This document shows positions 12,666 to 25,574 of a stretch of 64,000 nucleotides of DNA, in pieces. The DNA is from Antedon mediterranea (lineage: Eukaryota; Animalia; Echinodermata), in assembly GCF_964355755.1 (NCBI RefSeq), contig NC_092674.1, positions 3,348,001 through 3,412,000 of the forward strand, read 5' to 3'. The notes beneath the pieces are model-generated. The model had not been told where the DNA came from. It saw only the letters and a program-made list of their open reading frames with translations, and did no database searches. Within the stretch, counting starts at the first letter, position 1. Each line of letters starts with the position of its first letter. The position numbers and the translations under genes were made by a program.

Positions 12666-13236
12666 CTTTCTTGGGCCGAAACGGCCCACTCTGTCACGGC
12701 AGTTAGTTTCAAAAGATGTTTAAATTAAATAATGTAGTAATAATTATTAGGATGGTATTTATTTGAATAAACGCCTCTCCAATAAAGCATCACTTTGAAT
12801 AATAATCCCCATCCCCAACCCAACTATCTAATAAACGTCCATCCACATTTATAATAACACAATTATACTATTTGTTGTAGTAGAATTCATCGCACTGTCT
12901 ACAATTTACCAAGCATTTGTTATTCGTTTTTATCACTTTTCATATCTATTAGAGGATTTCATTTGATTACAAATGTTACCATATTATTAAAACTAAAAAA
13001 TGTAACGTATATCCCTCGAATAAGCACCTCCCTCAAATTAACTCCGCCTCCCCACCTCCGCCCTATAAGGTCTCTACTAAACAATAAACACTATACTTTA
13101 AAATGTTATTAATCATCTAAGACACTGTGAAACAGAGTAGTTTAGTTTTACGAATGTCAAGCATTTTCAATAATGGTAACCGACAGAAAACGTATAAGGA
13201 GAACATTATCATTTCGAGAACCATCGTCTACACTTC

Positions 13237-13289
13237 CTAGAGGGGGAGCGAGCGAAGCGAGCTCACCCTCTAGTACGGTACTTTCTAGT
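13237..13289 (+). mobile_element. Helitron-like 3' terminus (hairpin plus CTAG|T)
   Basis: Stem ctagaggg...ccctctag enclosing gagcgagcgaagcgagctc, then 11 nt, then CTAG-T. Confidence 0.55.
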
Positions 13290-13923
13290 TAATAAAGCAT
13301 GTTTTCCACTACATCCAAATTTATTTGCGCGAATGCTGTCTAAAAGCTAACAAACCCAGCGTATAAGCTTTCGACACATTCACCCAGTAAATGGAAAACA
13401 GTGAATTGTCAATGTGAACAAACAATTCTTATTAGACTGAATAGAAACATAAATACCTTCAGATTAATTTGAGCCCTATTTAAAGTTTGTCCAACTATTA
13501 GTTACGGAGTTATTATATATATATATGATATGTAGGTCAAAGGTCAAATATGCCAAAAATCATACTTCCAGCCATTTTTGGACAAACTTTTCCATTAGAA
13601 CGAATATTAATATGCATCTCCCAAATAATTTGACACTAAAATTATTTCATTTAATCTAAGCGTTGCAAAGATAGGACCATTTTGTTTTCAATGGGTCAAA
13701 ACATTCAAATTGAGGTCAGAGGTCAAAGATGAATTTTATAACCAGCATGATTCAAATATTCATAAAACACAATGTTTACACTTTCCCCCTGATCTGCACA
13801 CGAATATATTATTTCTACCCGCACTATTTAGTCCAGTCTATTTTAGTCTTAGTTTAGATATTTGAATCAGTGGTGAAAACATTTGTTTTCTGGATTATTG
13901 TACGCTGATGAGTGCATATCAAA

Positions 13924-16900
13924 ATGAATATCGCACAACTTTCTTCATGTATTTTTATATTCTGTTATCATGGTGAGTTATTTTAATGGATATTTTCAAT
14001 TAAAACAATATTTGAAGTCGTCTAGACTGATATAGATCGGTAATTAATGTCGTTGTTTTCAATATAGTATTTTTGTAATAATTTGATTATCAAATTCTAT
14101 TTGTTTCAGCTATACTTTGCACTTCTTTACAATGTACTCCTAAACAAGATATCCTGATGGTCAATAATTCAAGTGACTGTTTTCGTGAGTGTGAGTTTCC
14201 CGCTAAACCGAGATTGTGCGAATTTGAGTTTACGGTAGCTTGGTGGTATACGTTAGCAGCGGCTTGCATCGACTGTCCTGGTTTCAGACAAGACTGTGAT
14301 TTGCCTCAATGTTTTACCGTAGATGGTTCACGTAGATCTATCTTGACAGTGAATGGAATGTCACCTGGACCAAGCATACAGGTTCGTATAGGCATGGACT
14401 AAAGAACGATTTGGTATAAAGCTCTACACTATCAAACTAGTTTGACAAAAAAAGTGTGATGTGCTCAAATATGGTAGTGGTATGCTCAAATATAGTAGTG
14501 ATATGACATAATCATGTCCAAATATGAGTACATCATATTTGTTTGTCACATAAGGTTTGATAGTGTAGATAGGGCTTTAGTAAAGAGACAACTTCATCAA
14601 ATTTAATAATAAATCCAGAGGATTGGAACTGTAAAATGCTTTCTAATTTAGTGATGATTACATTAGAAGTTTCCCTCTGAATTAGTTAATAATAATAATA
14701 ATAATACACTTATATTGACTTATTAATATTAATTTTGTTTCATTTACGGAGTTATTGTTATTGGTTGCAAATATAATCTAAATATGTTTCAACTATTTGT
14801 TTAAAATTTGTTTTTAACAGGTCTGTCATGGTGATACTGTTCGCGTAAAAGTCAAAAACCAACTTCAAGATGGAGGTTCGTTGACAATACATTGGCATGG
14901 TATACATCAATTTAACACCGTGTGGGCAGATGGCGTTCCGATGATTACTCAATGTCCCATACCAAGTTCAACCTTTTTCGTATACGAGTTTGTTGCAGAC
15001 CCGCCAGGTACCCATTGGTGGCACTCTCACGTTGGTGTTCAGAGAGGTGACGGGTTGTACGGAGCATTGATTGTCAGGGAACCAAGACAAAAAGAGTTCA
15101 ACAGTAAAGAATATGACTTTGACCTTCCACAACATTACATGTTATTTAACGACTGGTTAGGTATTTCAAGTCTTGATCTGTATTTATTAGCGATTGCCAA
15201 TGCTGTTCCGTCGTCTGGATATACAGATACCATGTTGATCAATGGCAGAAGTCACAATAGGGACATTGATATGGATGTTCCTATCACAGTGTTTGAAGTA
15301 GAACAAGGTTTCCGATATCGGATGCGAATAGTAGATGCTTCATTTAGTGAGTGTATTGTAAGAATTACTGTCGAATCCCATCCGATAACGATCATTGCCA
15401 CTGATGGCTTTGAAATGGAACCGGTTCGTGAAGTGGATGCTTTATACTTTACTGCTGGTGAGAGGTAATTCCAATCTAAATTGTTCATTTTAATTCAAGG
15501 GATGGAGCTGACATCATTTGTTTATTTGTGGGCACGGTTTCATGAACTTACATACTTATTTCGTTTAGGATATTTTACTGCAGAAACTATATTTTATACC
15601 GCAATAACTTGTTGTTTCAATTTTGGAGAAGTTTACGAATGCGCAGTGACGCATTGTTGGTTTGGCTTTTCAAATAGAAACTTAGAAATGCTGTAATAGT
15701 GCATTAATCCAATCAATGCAATACACGCAATTGTTTTTTACGACATGTCGATGGCTGGTAGGTATTTTTTTTTTTAGAAATGTGTATAGCATTCTTTCTT
15801 ATTTTTAATTATTTCAGAGTGGATTTTGTACTCGAGGCGTCTGCAAAACCCTCAACGTATTGTATATACGTAGTTGGTATACCCAACCCAGTATGCCCTG
15901 CGATTGGTGCAGCAAAATTAAAATACAAGAATTCACCAACCATGGATGTAAATTGTACACAGTACAACACAGAACAACGTGATTTTTTTTCAACAGCCGT
16001 ACTTAAAGATAACGATACAGATGTATACACATTTAAAGATACGCACGCATTACGTAAGATTTTTTTTTTAAATAAATTTTCCAAAGCAATTTGACTTCCC
16101 GTCACGAGAGCTGAAAAACATTGGCCTAGCAGACGGCCTAGGCAATTTTGCAATTTTATACACGGCCATAGAGGTATCCAATAGAAGGGTTCTAATATAA
16201 ACATTCAGTTTGTGTCTTTAGGGGGCATTGCGTCATCAAAACTCTCAATTTCTAGTAGCCTATATTGTATACTATTGTAATATTGTCTTACAATGTCTTT
16301 TAATTATCTTTTCGCATTTACTATCTCTGTTGCGCGTGCGTACAAAAGTGTTGTTAAAACGTACGCCAATAGAATTCGAACCATACCATGAAAGCCACTC
16401 AGTGCCCTAATAATACTTAATAGAAGGACGTCTGCATATCAAGCAGAAGGTTCCTGGTTCGGATATCGGCTGTTTTTTTAAGAAACCGATTTTCTTAATT
16501 TGTTTATTCACAAATATAATATTTAATGTACTAATTCATTGTAGAACCTGTAGATCCGGCTTTATACCACGTGGATACTGTATATTATGTCGTCATGGGC
16601 GTCTCATACTACAGTTATACTTCGAATAGACCAGAAGCTGGAACAACTCACTCTCCATTTTTCACCATGAATCAAGTGCAATTTGATTTTCCGGATAAAC
16701 CGTTTGTTTCATTCGAGCCAAATGGTAACGTAGATTCGTGCAGGACGTACCCAGGGTATAACAATACAGAGTTGGCCGAATGCAATAATACACACTGTAG
16801 TTGCCCTCTGGTTGCTAAAGTGAAACTTGGTCAGGTAACTTTATACATTTTACCATGTTTAGTAGTGTGAACATAAATCTACTTCTATTCAATTCAATTT

Positions 16901-18707
16901 AATTATTTCGACCGAAATCAAACGTATTTTTACATACACTAAACAAGTCAAACAGCAACAGAAGTATCATTAATTTTGGACGAGGGAAGACATAGAGACT
17001 CAAGTCACTAAAGCGTGGTTCCCACTAGCGACGCAACACAAGGACGTAACGCAACGCAAGTGAATTGACCAATCACAAGCGATGGCTTATTCGCTTGTGA
17101 TTGCTAACTGTCTATAACTTCACTTGTCATTGGTTAAAACGCTTGCGTTGCGTTTACGTCATTGCGTTACGTTCTAGTAGGAACCAAGCTTTAAAACGCT
17201 TGCGTTGCGTTTACGTCATTGCGTTACGTTCTAGTGGGGACCAAGCTTAACTCTCTGTAGTTTAACTCTTATTATCTTAAGTTGCCAGTGATTTTTTCCC
17301 TTTCGAAGTTGAATTATTGTGGAAAACATTATTTGTTGATGCCCGCCATTTCTCGCAGTCTCCGTATATTTACGTTCTAATTTTGTTCAAGATGTATTGT
17401 CCCCCAAAAACATGAAAAATGAAGATTAATTAAATAAGATTTTGAATAGGCTATTTTGTAGTTTTTAATAAAGTTAATCACTTCCGTAGAAAAAAAAATA
17501 ATGTTTTCCCTTATAAAATGACAAAATAAATGGTTAAATTCAACCAAAAATCTATTGGCTGGCAGCCAATTTTACTATTTTTTGCTTTAATTTACAGTTT
17601 TTTCAGTTAAATACTTTTTTTTATCATCTAATTTTTGGTCAAAGTGGATAACTATATGACATTAAAATGGCTTATTCAACAAAAAAAATTAAAATAATTA
17701 TTTTTTCAGGGGGACAATACATCTTTAACCGTTGACTTTTCTTTTAAGGTAGTGGAGTTCGTTGTGATTGATGATGTTCATATTATCAATCACCCGATGC
17801 ATCTTCATGGACAATCATTCCGACTATTAGCACAAGGACTTAAAAATATAAGTGCTGACGAATTAATCGAATTTGATAAGACACGTAGGTCCTATACATT
17901 TTTTTTTTCTTTCTGCTTTTTTAGCAGTCTTGTTCCTCTACCCATGGACCAAATTACCCGGGTGGTCAATATGGCTTGAATTTCTATCAGGCCTTGTACT
18001 CGAGAACTCTTTAACCAGCTTATACACTTAGATAGAATAATCTTGAACTAACCGGCGGCACTTACAACGCCGATTGGTTTAGACATTCGCGCAGATTGTT
18101 ACGCTCAATTTGGAGTTTCATACAGATTGACCCGGGTAAGTTAGTATCATGTGTATAGTCTCGCTAACTTTGTTGTGTAGAAACCGTATACTCGGGTATG
18201 TAAATACATGGAGTAAAGAAATGGTAAATATAACCTATAGGCTAGAGGCCCAAGTCGTTGATCCAGCGAAAATATTGCAATGCAAAGCGGTTTAATTATA
18301 CGTAGAAATTATACGTAATACAAATATGTAAAAAATAATAATGTTTCCGTTTCGTTTATGTAGATGGTTTACCAAGAATCCCGCTTGAATCAGCGGTTGT
18401 AAAGGATACGGTGAATATAATTTCGGGTGGTTACGTCATCATTAGATGGAAGGCTGAAAACCCCGGTTATTGGTTCTTTCATTGTCACGTGGAGTACCAC
18501 TCACTGGTGAGTTATTTAAATATAATAAAAAACAATTCTACGAAGTTTAAAATCATCAGTCTATTAATGCATCGTTTTTTTTCCATTTCTTCCAAGGCGG
18601 GAATGGCAATGATTATTCAAGTCGGTGAAGAAGACGAAATTCCAAATCCACCAAAAGGATTTCCAACGTGTGGATCATTCACGCCCGGTGAAGAAGAAAA
18701 ATCATAA
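13924..18707 (+). CDS. laccase-like multicopper oxidase paralog B, complete, 8 exons, 626 aa, probably secreted (unit 1)
   Basis: Exons 13924-13972, 14110-14381, 14821-15464, 15818-16053, 16545-16834, 17749-17884, 18364-18506, 18597-18707 sum to 1881 nt with consistent phases. Hydrophobic N-terminus MNIAQLSSCIFIFCYHAILC, Cys-rich N-terminal region, and motifs HWHG, HSH, HPMHLHG, HCHVEYHSLAGM. Confidence 0.92.
17012..17247. mobile_element. MITE family 2 with a duplicated ~57-bp right end, in laccase B intron 5
   Basis: taa|agcgtggttcccactag...ctagtggggaccaagct|taa; 17191-17247 repeats the preceding terminal segment. Confidence 0.8.
17390..17724. mobile_element. family-3 TTAA element in laccase B intron 5
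   Basis: agatgtattgtccccc...gggggacaatacatct|ttaa; interior similar to 24628-24955. Confidence 0.8.
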
Positions 18708-19859
18708 CGTTAACTTTACGACGACTTGAAACTGTTATTATAGTCGTCGTCCAGCTCTGCTAAAATCGAGTTCTATTCGCGACTACACCTTATGACGTCA
18801 TGTCGACACAAACAAGCTAATATATCCCTAATATCAACTTTATTACTGTTAACCACGAAAGATAAAAAAAAACCTGTAATATTATATATCATATATTACG
18901 GTAATATCAAGCTAGCACACTGAAAAAAAAGAAGGTGTTGAGGAGAAATATTTCACATTACGTCAATATAGATATAAGTATTTTCTCTCTATAAAACTAA
19001 AATGAGAATACATCCTCCTTTTGGACATCCTATTAAGAGGACAATTTGTTGGGGGGGGGGGGGAATCCCGAAGGTGTCCCCTTAATAGGAGGTTTGTTTT
19101 TTATAGTGTTATATAGACAGTGTTTGTATATTTTTATTTTTTTTTTTGTAATAAATTACAGAAATCGCATAAAAGTAGTCCACGAAAGGCCTATATTATA
19201 AATGTTTTTCGAGAAATTCTTTGTTAAATATAGACCATGCATTATACTTTATCCGGAGCTGTCTGCTGGGTGTTCTATCGTAACAGGAGATGTATTATTG
19301 TCATTTTCATTCAGTGATATATATATATATATATAATAAATCCAAAGGCAAATTACTGAAAAATGACAATGCTGTGGGTATCAGTGGCTGGATCTCATTT
19401 GAGATACAAAAAAAGCGAAAAGTCAAATCAAAACGATAAAGTAAAACAGCCAGAAAAGTTATCAGAGCTTTCGTGGAACACTAGTCCTTCATCAGTGCAA
19501 GTATGTGTGCATCTATATATTGCTTGCTCTTTGTCTGTTATGTTTTTGCGTCCCTGACACAAGCATTTGCTTTATTAGTGACGCTACCGTTTTGGAAATA
19601 AATGTTAATTTGGATTGATTTAATATTTTAATTTTTTAAATATTTATTAAAAATCATGCCGCCGTACAGTACTGCTGCATTGCTGTTGGTTTTTGTAACG
19701 TGACAGTGGGGCGGATCCACCCAATTTTTTCAATTCTGATATAGGCCTAATATTATTATTATGATATATGTTATTAAATAAGTTCATTTGGATCTGATAA
19801 TGTAATGTGAAAAAAAGTTACTTGTATATGATCCACTATAGTAGTAGTAGGCGAAACGT

Positions 19860-20058
19860 CAAGGATGTAGTAGCTTCAAGATCAACCAATCAATTTAAGT
19901 CCGGTCTTGAACGGGCATGGTCCAACCACCCTCTTAAAGTTGCGCCATATTCAAGAGTTGATGTAATTATCAAGAGGGGCATAGCCTAGCCTCGACTCCG
20001 GACCCAGCATTGCTGAGCTCCGGAAACAAGTAAACAAGTAAGTAAGTAAACAAGTAAG
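19860..20058 (+). mobile_element. CR1-like LINE extreme 3' fragment
   Basis: DVVASRSTNQFKSGLERAWSNHP resembles the ORF2 end; short UTR and (aagt/aaac) tail. Confidence 0.6.
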
Positions 20059-21014
20059 TTCTCTGGAAATGTAAGTACCGATATCATCTTACAAACTTGA
20101 CACTATATTGGATGATATAGAAGTAACTTTTTTTCACATGATATATGTAATTATTTACATATTTTCATTTTTGTTACGTATACTGGTATTGCGTATTGCA
20201 CACACAGGCATATTTTACAGGTCTACACTTAACCTCCATATCGTATCGTATTGTTGGAATAATTCATTTTTATGGCCTTCAATGCAATTGTTATTATTAA
20301 TATTGAATAATTACCGCTAAATTAAGTGCTCTTACTCTACAGGTTGGTCGGTCGGTCAGTAAACGCGACTGCAGCCATGTATATGGCCTTGTTATACTGT
20401 TAATGTTATTGTAAATGTTACTTAATAAAATTAAAACTAACTGGAAACAAACAAAGATCAGTGTTTCTCTCTACCTTTACAAAGTAATACAATCGATATT
20501 GTAAAGAAAAAAAAAGGAAATCAAAGATATGCAACAATAACCTATTAACTGAAATTAAATAATCCCCAACAATTGCATCATTCAACGCTACACATAGATC
20601 TCATTTCTTTCACAAAACTAAACGTTTTTTTCCCTTTGTTTTGTATTCAAGCCAGGACCACAATAAAAACAGGTTTTCTTTTACCTGATTGTGTGATCCT
20701 GTATAAAGATGTTGTTATATAAAAAGAAAGTAATTACGCGATGATGTTTTTAACGTTTATACCGTTAACAAGCGCCTCTGTTTTTTACTTTTGTTTGGGT
20801 ATCGTAATTATCGTAATACAAACACTAACCATATGTTATTATTAAGAGTCTATAGTAGAATAATTAATCAAACTACTACTGTAATTGTTTGTGGTAACTT
20901 TTAACGTTAATTCTTGTAAGAAAGGGAAACCGTTATCCGCGTCGAACTAAAAAATTATCTACGGCATTTTAACTTTCCAACAATATTCAAATTTGTCGGA
21001 AAAGAGACAGCTTA

Positions 21015-21260
21015 TATTTTACCAAGGAGGTATTAGTCGATCGCGCGTCTGTTTGTTGTCTGTTTGTTTTTTAGCAGGATTACTCAAACATTTCTTTACC
21101 AAAATGAAAATACAGATAAATATGTGGTGAAGGACCACTTCATTAAATTTTGGAGGCAATCTGGACCAGGGTCCCAATTCTGGACCACTTTTAATAGGCC
21201 TACTATTTTCATACCTGCTAGCGTTAAAAGATAGGAGACAATTTTCAAAAGCCGGTAAGC
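21015..21260. mobile_element. non-autonomous Helentron/DINE-like element fragment
   Basis: ccaaggaggtatt...(tgtt/gtct)n...agcaggattactcaaa layout. A similar small relic (ggtc)n plus hairpin plus cttgtt lies at 20342-20392. Confidence 0.4.
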
Positions 21261-21909
21261 AGTCTTAAAGTAAACTGAAATTGCGATTTTTCGAGAAAGA
21301 CCTTGGGTTCTGTTCTGATATGATGAAAATAGTTTCTCGAAACATGTCACGGTATTTTAAGGCAATTTGCCTGTTCATCAAATGCCTCACAATTTTGATT
21401 TTGACTCGAACGTTTAGTGGTATCATACATGATTTATCTAATAATATTATGTTAATAGGTTATTAATTTTAACAAAAATTTGTAGAAATGAGTTGAATTA
21501 TGATGTTGAAAAATAAAAGTAATGTTGGTATTTAGTTGGAAAATAAACTATGGATAAAAAAAAAGAAGAAAATGATATATACTGTAAACAAATATGTTAA
21601 GTTATGTGTAAAGAGTTAAGTAAGGTAAAAGAGATGAACATAAAAAGAAACATGTATGGATAATTTTTTTAAAAACCAATTTTAATAGGATAAATATATG
21701 TTAATAAAAAAAATGAATACAAGAACAAGAAAATATGTATGAAAAAAACAGTGTATTATTAAAACATGTTAATTAACTACTAAAAAACAAAAAGTAAAAT
21801 ATGTATGTAAATATTTAAAAAGACAATGTCAATGGAAATGTCCCCTACGACCATCTAGGTCATGGGACAACCAACCAACGAACTTGTTTGCAAATGCCTT
21901 CAACTATAT

Positions 21910-22275
21910 AACTATAGAGGTATTACATTATCATCATGTGAGAGTAATAGTATTCTTACAGAAATCCAAGAGGCTTTAGGAAAAATCATAGGTGTGAGGA
22001 CCACATATTTACACTTATAAAAGCATATTAGCTACGCGTAATGCGGAAAATAAGTTAATATAGGCCTACTTAGCCTTCCTGGATTTCCGTAAGGCTTTTG
22101 GCGTAATTGCCTTTTGTCAATAGCATGGAATACTGGTATCCGTGGTAAAGTCTGGAAAATTATTGATAAACTTTATACAAATGTCATATTGGTGTTAAGT
22201 TTGATGATATTGTAACTGATTATTTTGATGTCAATGAAGGGGTTAAGCAAGGCTGTTTAGGGTCACCCTTTATAA
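21910..22275 (+). mobile_element. degenerate non-LTR retrotransposon reverse-transcriptase fragment
   Basis: Read across frameshifts: NYRGITL, GFRKNHRCEDHIFTL, YLAFLDFRKAF, GIRGKVWKIIDKLY, GVKQGC. Second copy at ~48938-49303. Confidence 0.8.
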
Positions 22276-22837
22276 ATGAAAAAAATAAATAAAAAAACAA
22301 ATGTCTTATTTTCAGCCAAATATGTTGACAGCAAATTGAAGACGGGGAACAAGGAAGCGACGGAAGAGGAATTGGAAAGACTGCTGGATAAAATTCTTGT
22401 AATCTTTAGATTCATTCATGGTAAAACCACATGCTTATTATAGTACATTACAACCCTTTATTACCTCTTAATATTGGTCTCCTCTGAATGGGCGTTGGCC
22501 GCAATTGATAAACGTATATTTGTTAATTTCATACGCATATATATGTATTGCCCTAAGTTGTAGTGTTTAGTGTGAAACTACTAACTCAATTATAAAACAT
22601 ATACTTTGTGTCATAGGGAAAGATGTGTTTGAGGCATTTTACAAAAAAGGTCTTGCAAAGAGGTTACTAGTCAGCAAGAGTGCGTCCGTAGACGCAGAGA
22701 AGTCTATGTTAACTAAACTTAAACAGGGTGAGTAAATAATATATATCGTCGAATTGATGCAACATATCACACTTATATTACCCCTGAATAATGAATGAAC
22801 TATTTACCATTAATATCATGAGTAATGTAATCAACAT

Positions 22838-23120
22838 GCGAGTGAGTGGCCGCACGGTTAAGACAGTGGAACCATAATATGTAGCCATAATATCTGCAAG
22901 GGTTCGAGGCTTACTCACTCCATGGTTCTGGTGGTAGAACGAGTCTTCTCGGATAAGGACTAAACACCGTAGGTCCAGTGTACACATCTGTTTCATGTGC
23001 ACTTTAAAGAACCTAGTACGAGGTAGGGGGTTACCCCGGTGTACTAGTATATTACAGCCACTGATCTTAACTGGGCCCTCTGGGAGACCAGTCAGTCAGT
23101 CACTGAAGATAAATAATAAT
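22838..23120 (+). mobile_element. tRNA-derived SINE with Deu/Nin-like central domain
   Basis: A-box gtggccgcacggtt, B-box gggttcgaggc, core gtcttctcggataaggactaaacaccgtaggtcc...gcactttaaagaacc, (aat)n tail. Copy at 49866. Confidence 0.7.
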
Positions 23121-24627
23121 AACAAAACTAACCACATGAAATTAGTTCACACAGCCACTACTTTACAGTAGGCCATCTAGTAGGCCTCCTAGTTCTGTAA
23201 TAATAATCAATTTGTTGATTGTGGAACTTACAAAGATGAAGAACCACAGCAACATAGTATTATTATTATTATTATTTATTGCCAAAAACTAGTTACAAAC
23301 AAACAAAACACAGAAACTAAGGGAGTAGGCAGGAACCTAAAAGTGAACCTAATCACTATAACAAGAGTTCAGGTTCCGTACTCCCAAAGTAACAACAATG
23401 ATATAAAATAAACTATATAAAAATATTTAAAAAACAAATAGACGAATCAACAGTGTCAATATAAAATAAACGGATAAAATACATAATAGTCGATTCAACA
23501 AAGTCAATATAAAACATGTGATTTTTGGTGTATTGGCACCATCTTTCAAATTATCCAAAATTCAATATAATTATAAAGCACTGTCTACACTATCAAAACT
23601 ATAAAAAAAGTGTGATGTGCCCATGGTAGTGATATGCTCAAATATGGTAGTGATATGACATTCCCATATATAGACACATCACACCTTTTTGTCACATAAA
23701 GTTGAGCACTGATGTTTGTTTTTGTAGAATGTGGTGGAGCATTTACAAGTAAGTTGGAAGGCATGTTTAAAGATATGGAGTTATCCAAAGACATCATGGT
23801 AGCATTCAAGCAGGTAGGCTAACCACTCTCTCATTGCAACATTACCTTATTTCATTTGTCTTATTTAAATTACAAGAAATAAAACAAGTAAAAAAAACCA
23901 AAAGAATGAAAAGGCAACATGAATTTGGATGTGAGCCCTCTGTAGTTTTCTTTTTAAAATGCTATTAAGAAATAAACCCTGCCAGATTTTAGTGGTCTTT
24001 AGTAGCTTTTGTCTAAAATTAAAATCCCTCCAACAAAAGTCTGGCATTAGAAATGGTCTTTTAAATCCTACTATTTAGAGGGAAATTAAATGTAATCTGT
24101 TTGGTTGGTCTGTCCATTTATGTGTATCTCAAAAACTGCAGTATTTGTCTGATTTTTTTCAACATTTCAATGGCTGTCCTACCCTAACAATACATTTAAA
24201 CGTTTATTTTAAAGTTTTTTTAATTGGAGGGAATATTTGAATGAAATGTTTATTTGAGTCCACTTAAAAACTGTGGTCTATGGTCTCTAAATAAGATGGA
24301 GTCTTTAACTGGAGGGAGCAGCTAATTTCATCCGGGCCACATTACAGCAGTCTTTAATTGGAGGGAGTCTGCTATTGTAATTATTAATTATTATTTATTA
24401 TTATTATATGTATTTTGTACAGCATATGCAGCACCAATCAGTGCCGGGCAATATTGAGATGACCGTCAACATATTGACTATGGGCTACTGGCCTACGTAC
24501 ACACCGATGGAGGTACACCTGCCCTCAAACGTAAGTCATCTACCACTAATATAATATGTAAAAGTACGGCTTGAGCTAATATTTATTTTATTATTACACA
24601 GATGTAATTTATAGATAACTTCTTTAA

Positions 24628-24955
24628 AGACGTATTGTCCCCCAAAATCATGAAAAATAAAGATTAATAAAATGAGACTTTGAATAGATTATTTTGTAGC
24701 TTTAATAAAGTTAATCATTTCTGTAGAAAAAAAACTGGAAAAATCATTAACAAATTATAAAATTACAAAATAAATGCTTAAATTCAACCAAAAACCCATT
24801 GGCTGGCAGCCAATTTGACTATTTTTTGCTTTATATTAAATTTTTTTAGGTAAAAACTTTTTTTTCGATCCAATTTTTGGTCAAAGGGGATAACTATTTC
24901 GCATCAACAGAAAAATTGTTAAGAATTAATGTTTCAGGGGGACGACAATACATCT
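24628..24955. mobile_element. family-3 TTAA element in CUL4 intron
   Basis: ttaa|agacgtattgtc...gacaatacatct|ttaa. Confidence 0.78.
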
Positions 24956-25212
24956 TTAAGGTTAGCCAAACTGGTAAGACTGATCACTCTTAAAATCAAA
25001 ACACTAAACATTGCTGACAATCATTTGTTTATAATTCTATCCATGTATTTAATAGCAATGTTTTTAGATCTCTGTAATTTCTTTGTTATGTATGTATATC
25101 AAATGTAAATTAATTAAACGAAATTGAATTTGTACCTTGTTGCGTAAATGACAATAAATACTATCGTATCGTATCATACATAAGAGCATTGTATTATCTT
25201 CTATATATGCAC

Positions 25213-25574
25213 ATAGAGTATCACGGTGTGACGTCACAACGATACAGGGCGCTGCATGGTTGCTAGCCAACCAAAAAATTCGTTCAGCCCTACTATGTTG
25301 ATAAACAGTGAGGATCTCTATTTATATCAAATTATGTTTCTTAGCTTGATTTTTTTTAACTTAAACTGTAGTTGAAGAATAAATAGATTGTTAAAAACAA
25401 ATATTTAGTGATATTTTGAAATTTTAGTTTGTTTTTATTAAAAATGTTTTAAAATGACTACTCCAAACCATTGGTGATCTTGGAGTCACTCAGGCAGACT
25501 GAACGCATTTTTGGTTGCGCTAGCAACCACGCAGCGCCACTTACCGTCGTGACGTCAGCACCGTGATACTCTAT
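25213..25574. mobile_element. MITE with long (~75-bp) imperfect TIRs
   Basis: atagagtatcacggtg-tgacgtcac...gtgacgtcagcaccgtgatactctat. Copy at 54566-54927. Confidence 0.8.

Noticed and set aside
87-16204. minus-strand ORFs overlapping laccase exons (e.g. 87-281, 584-778, 15809-16204)
   Set aside because: Antisense shadows of coding exons with no independent motifs.
16420-16472. tRNA gene
   Set aside because: Only a B-box-like fragment; no complete cloverleaf. Likely a SINE relic.
18718-18750. regulatory or SECIS hairpin just after the laccase B stop
   Set aside because: A 9-bp stem exists, but the stop is TAA and no SECIS features are present. No further support.
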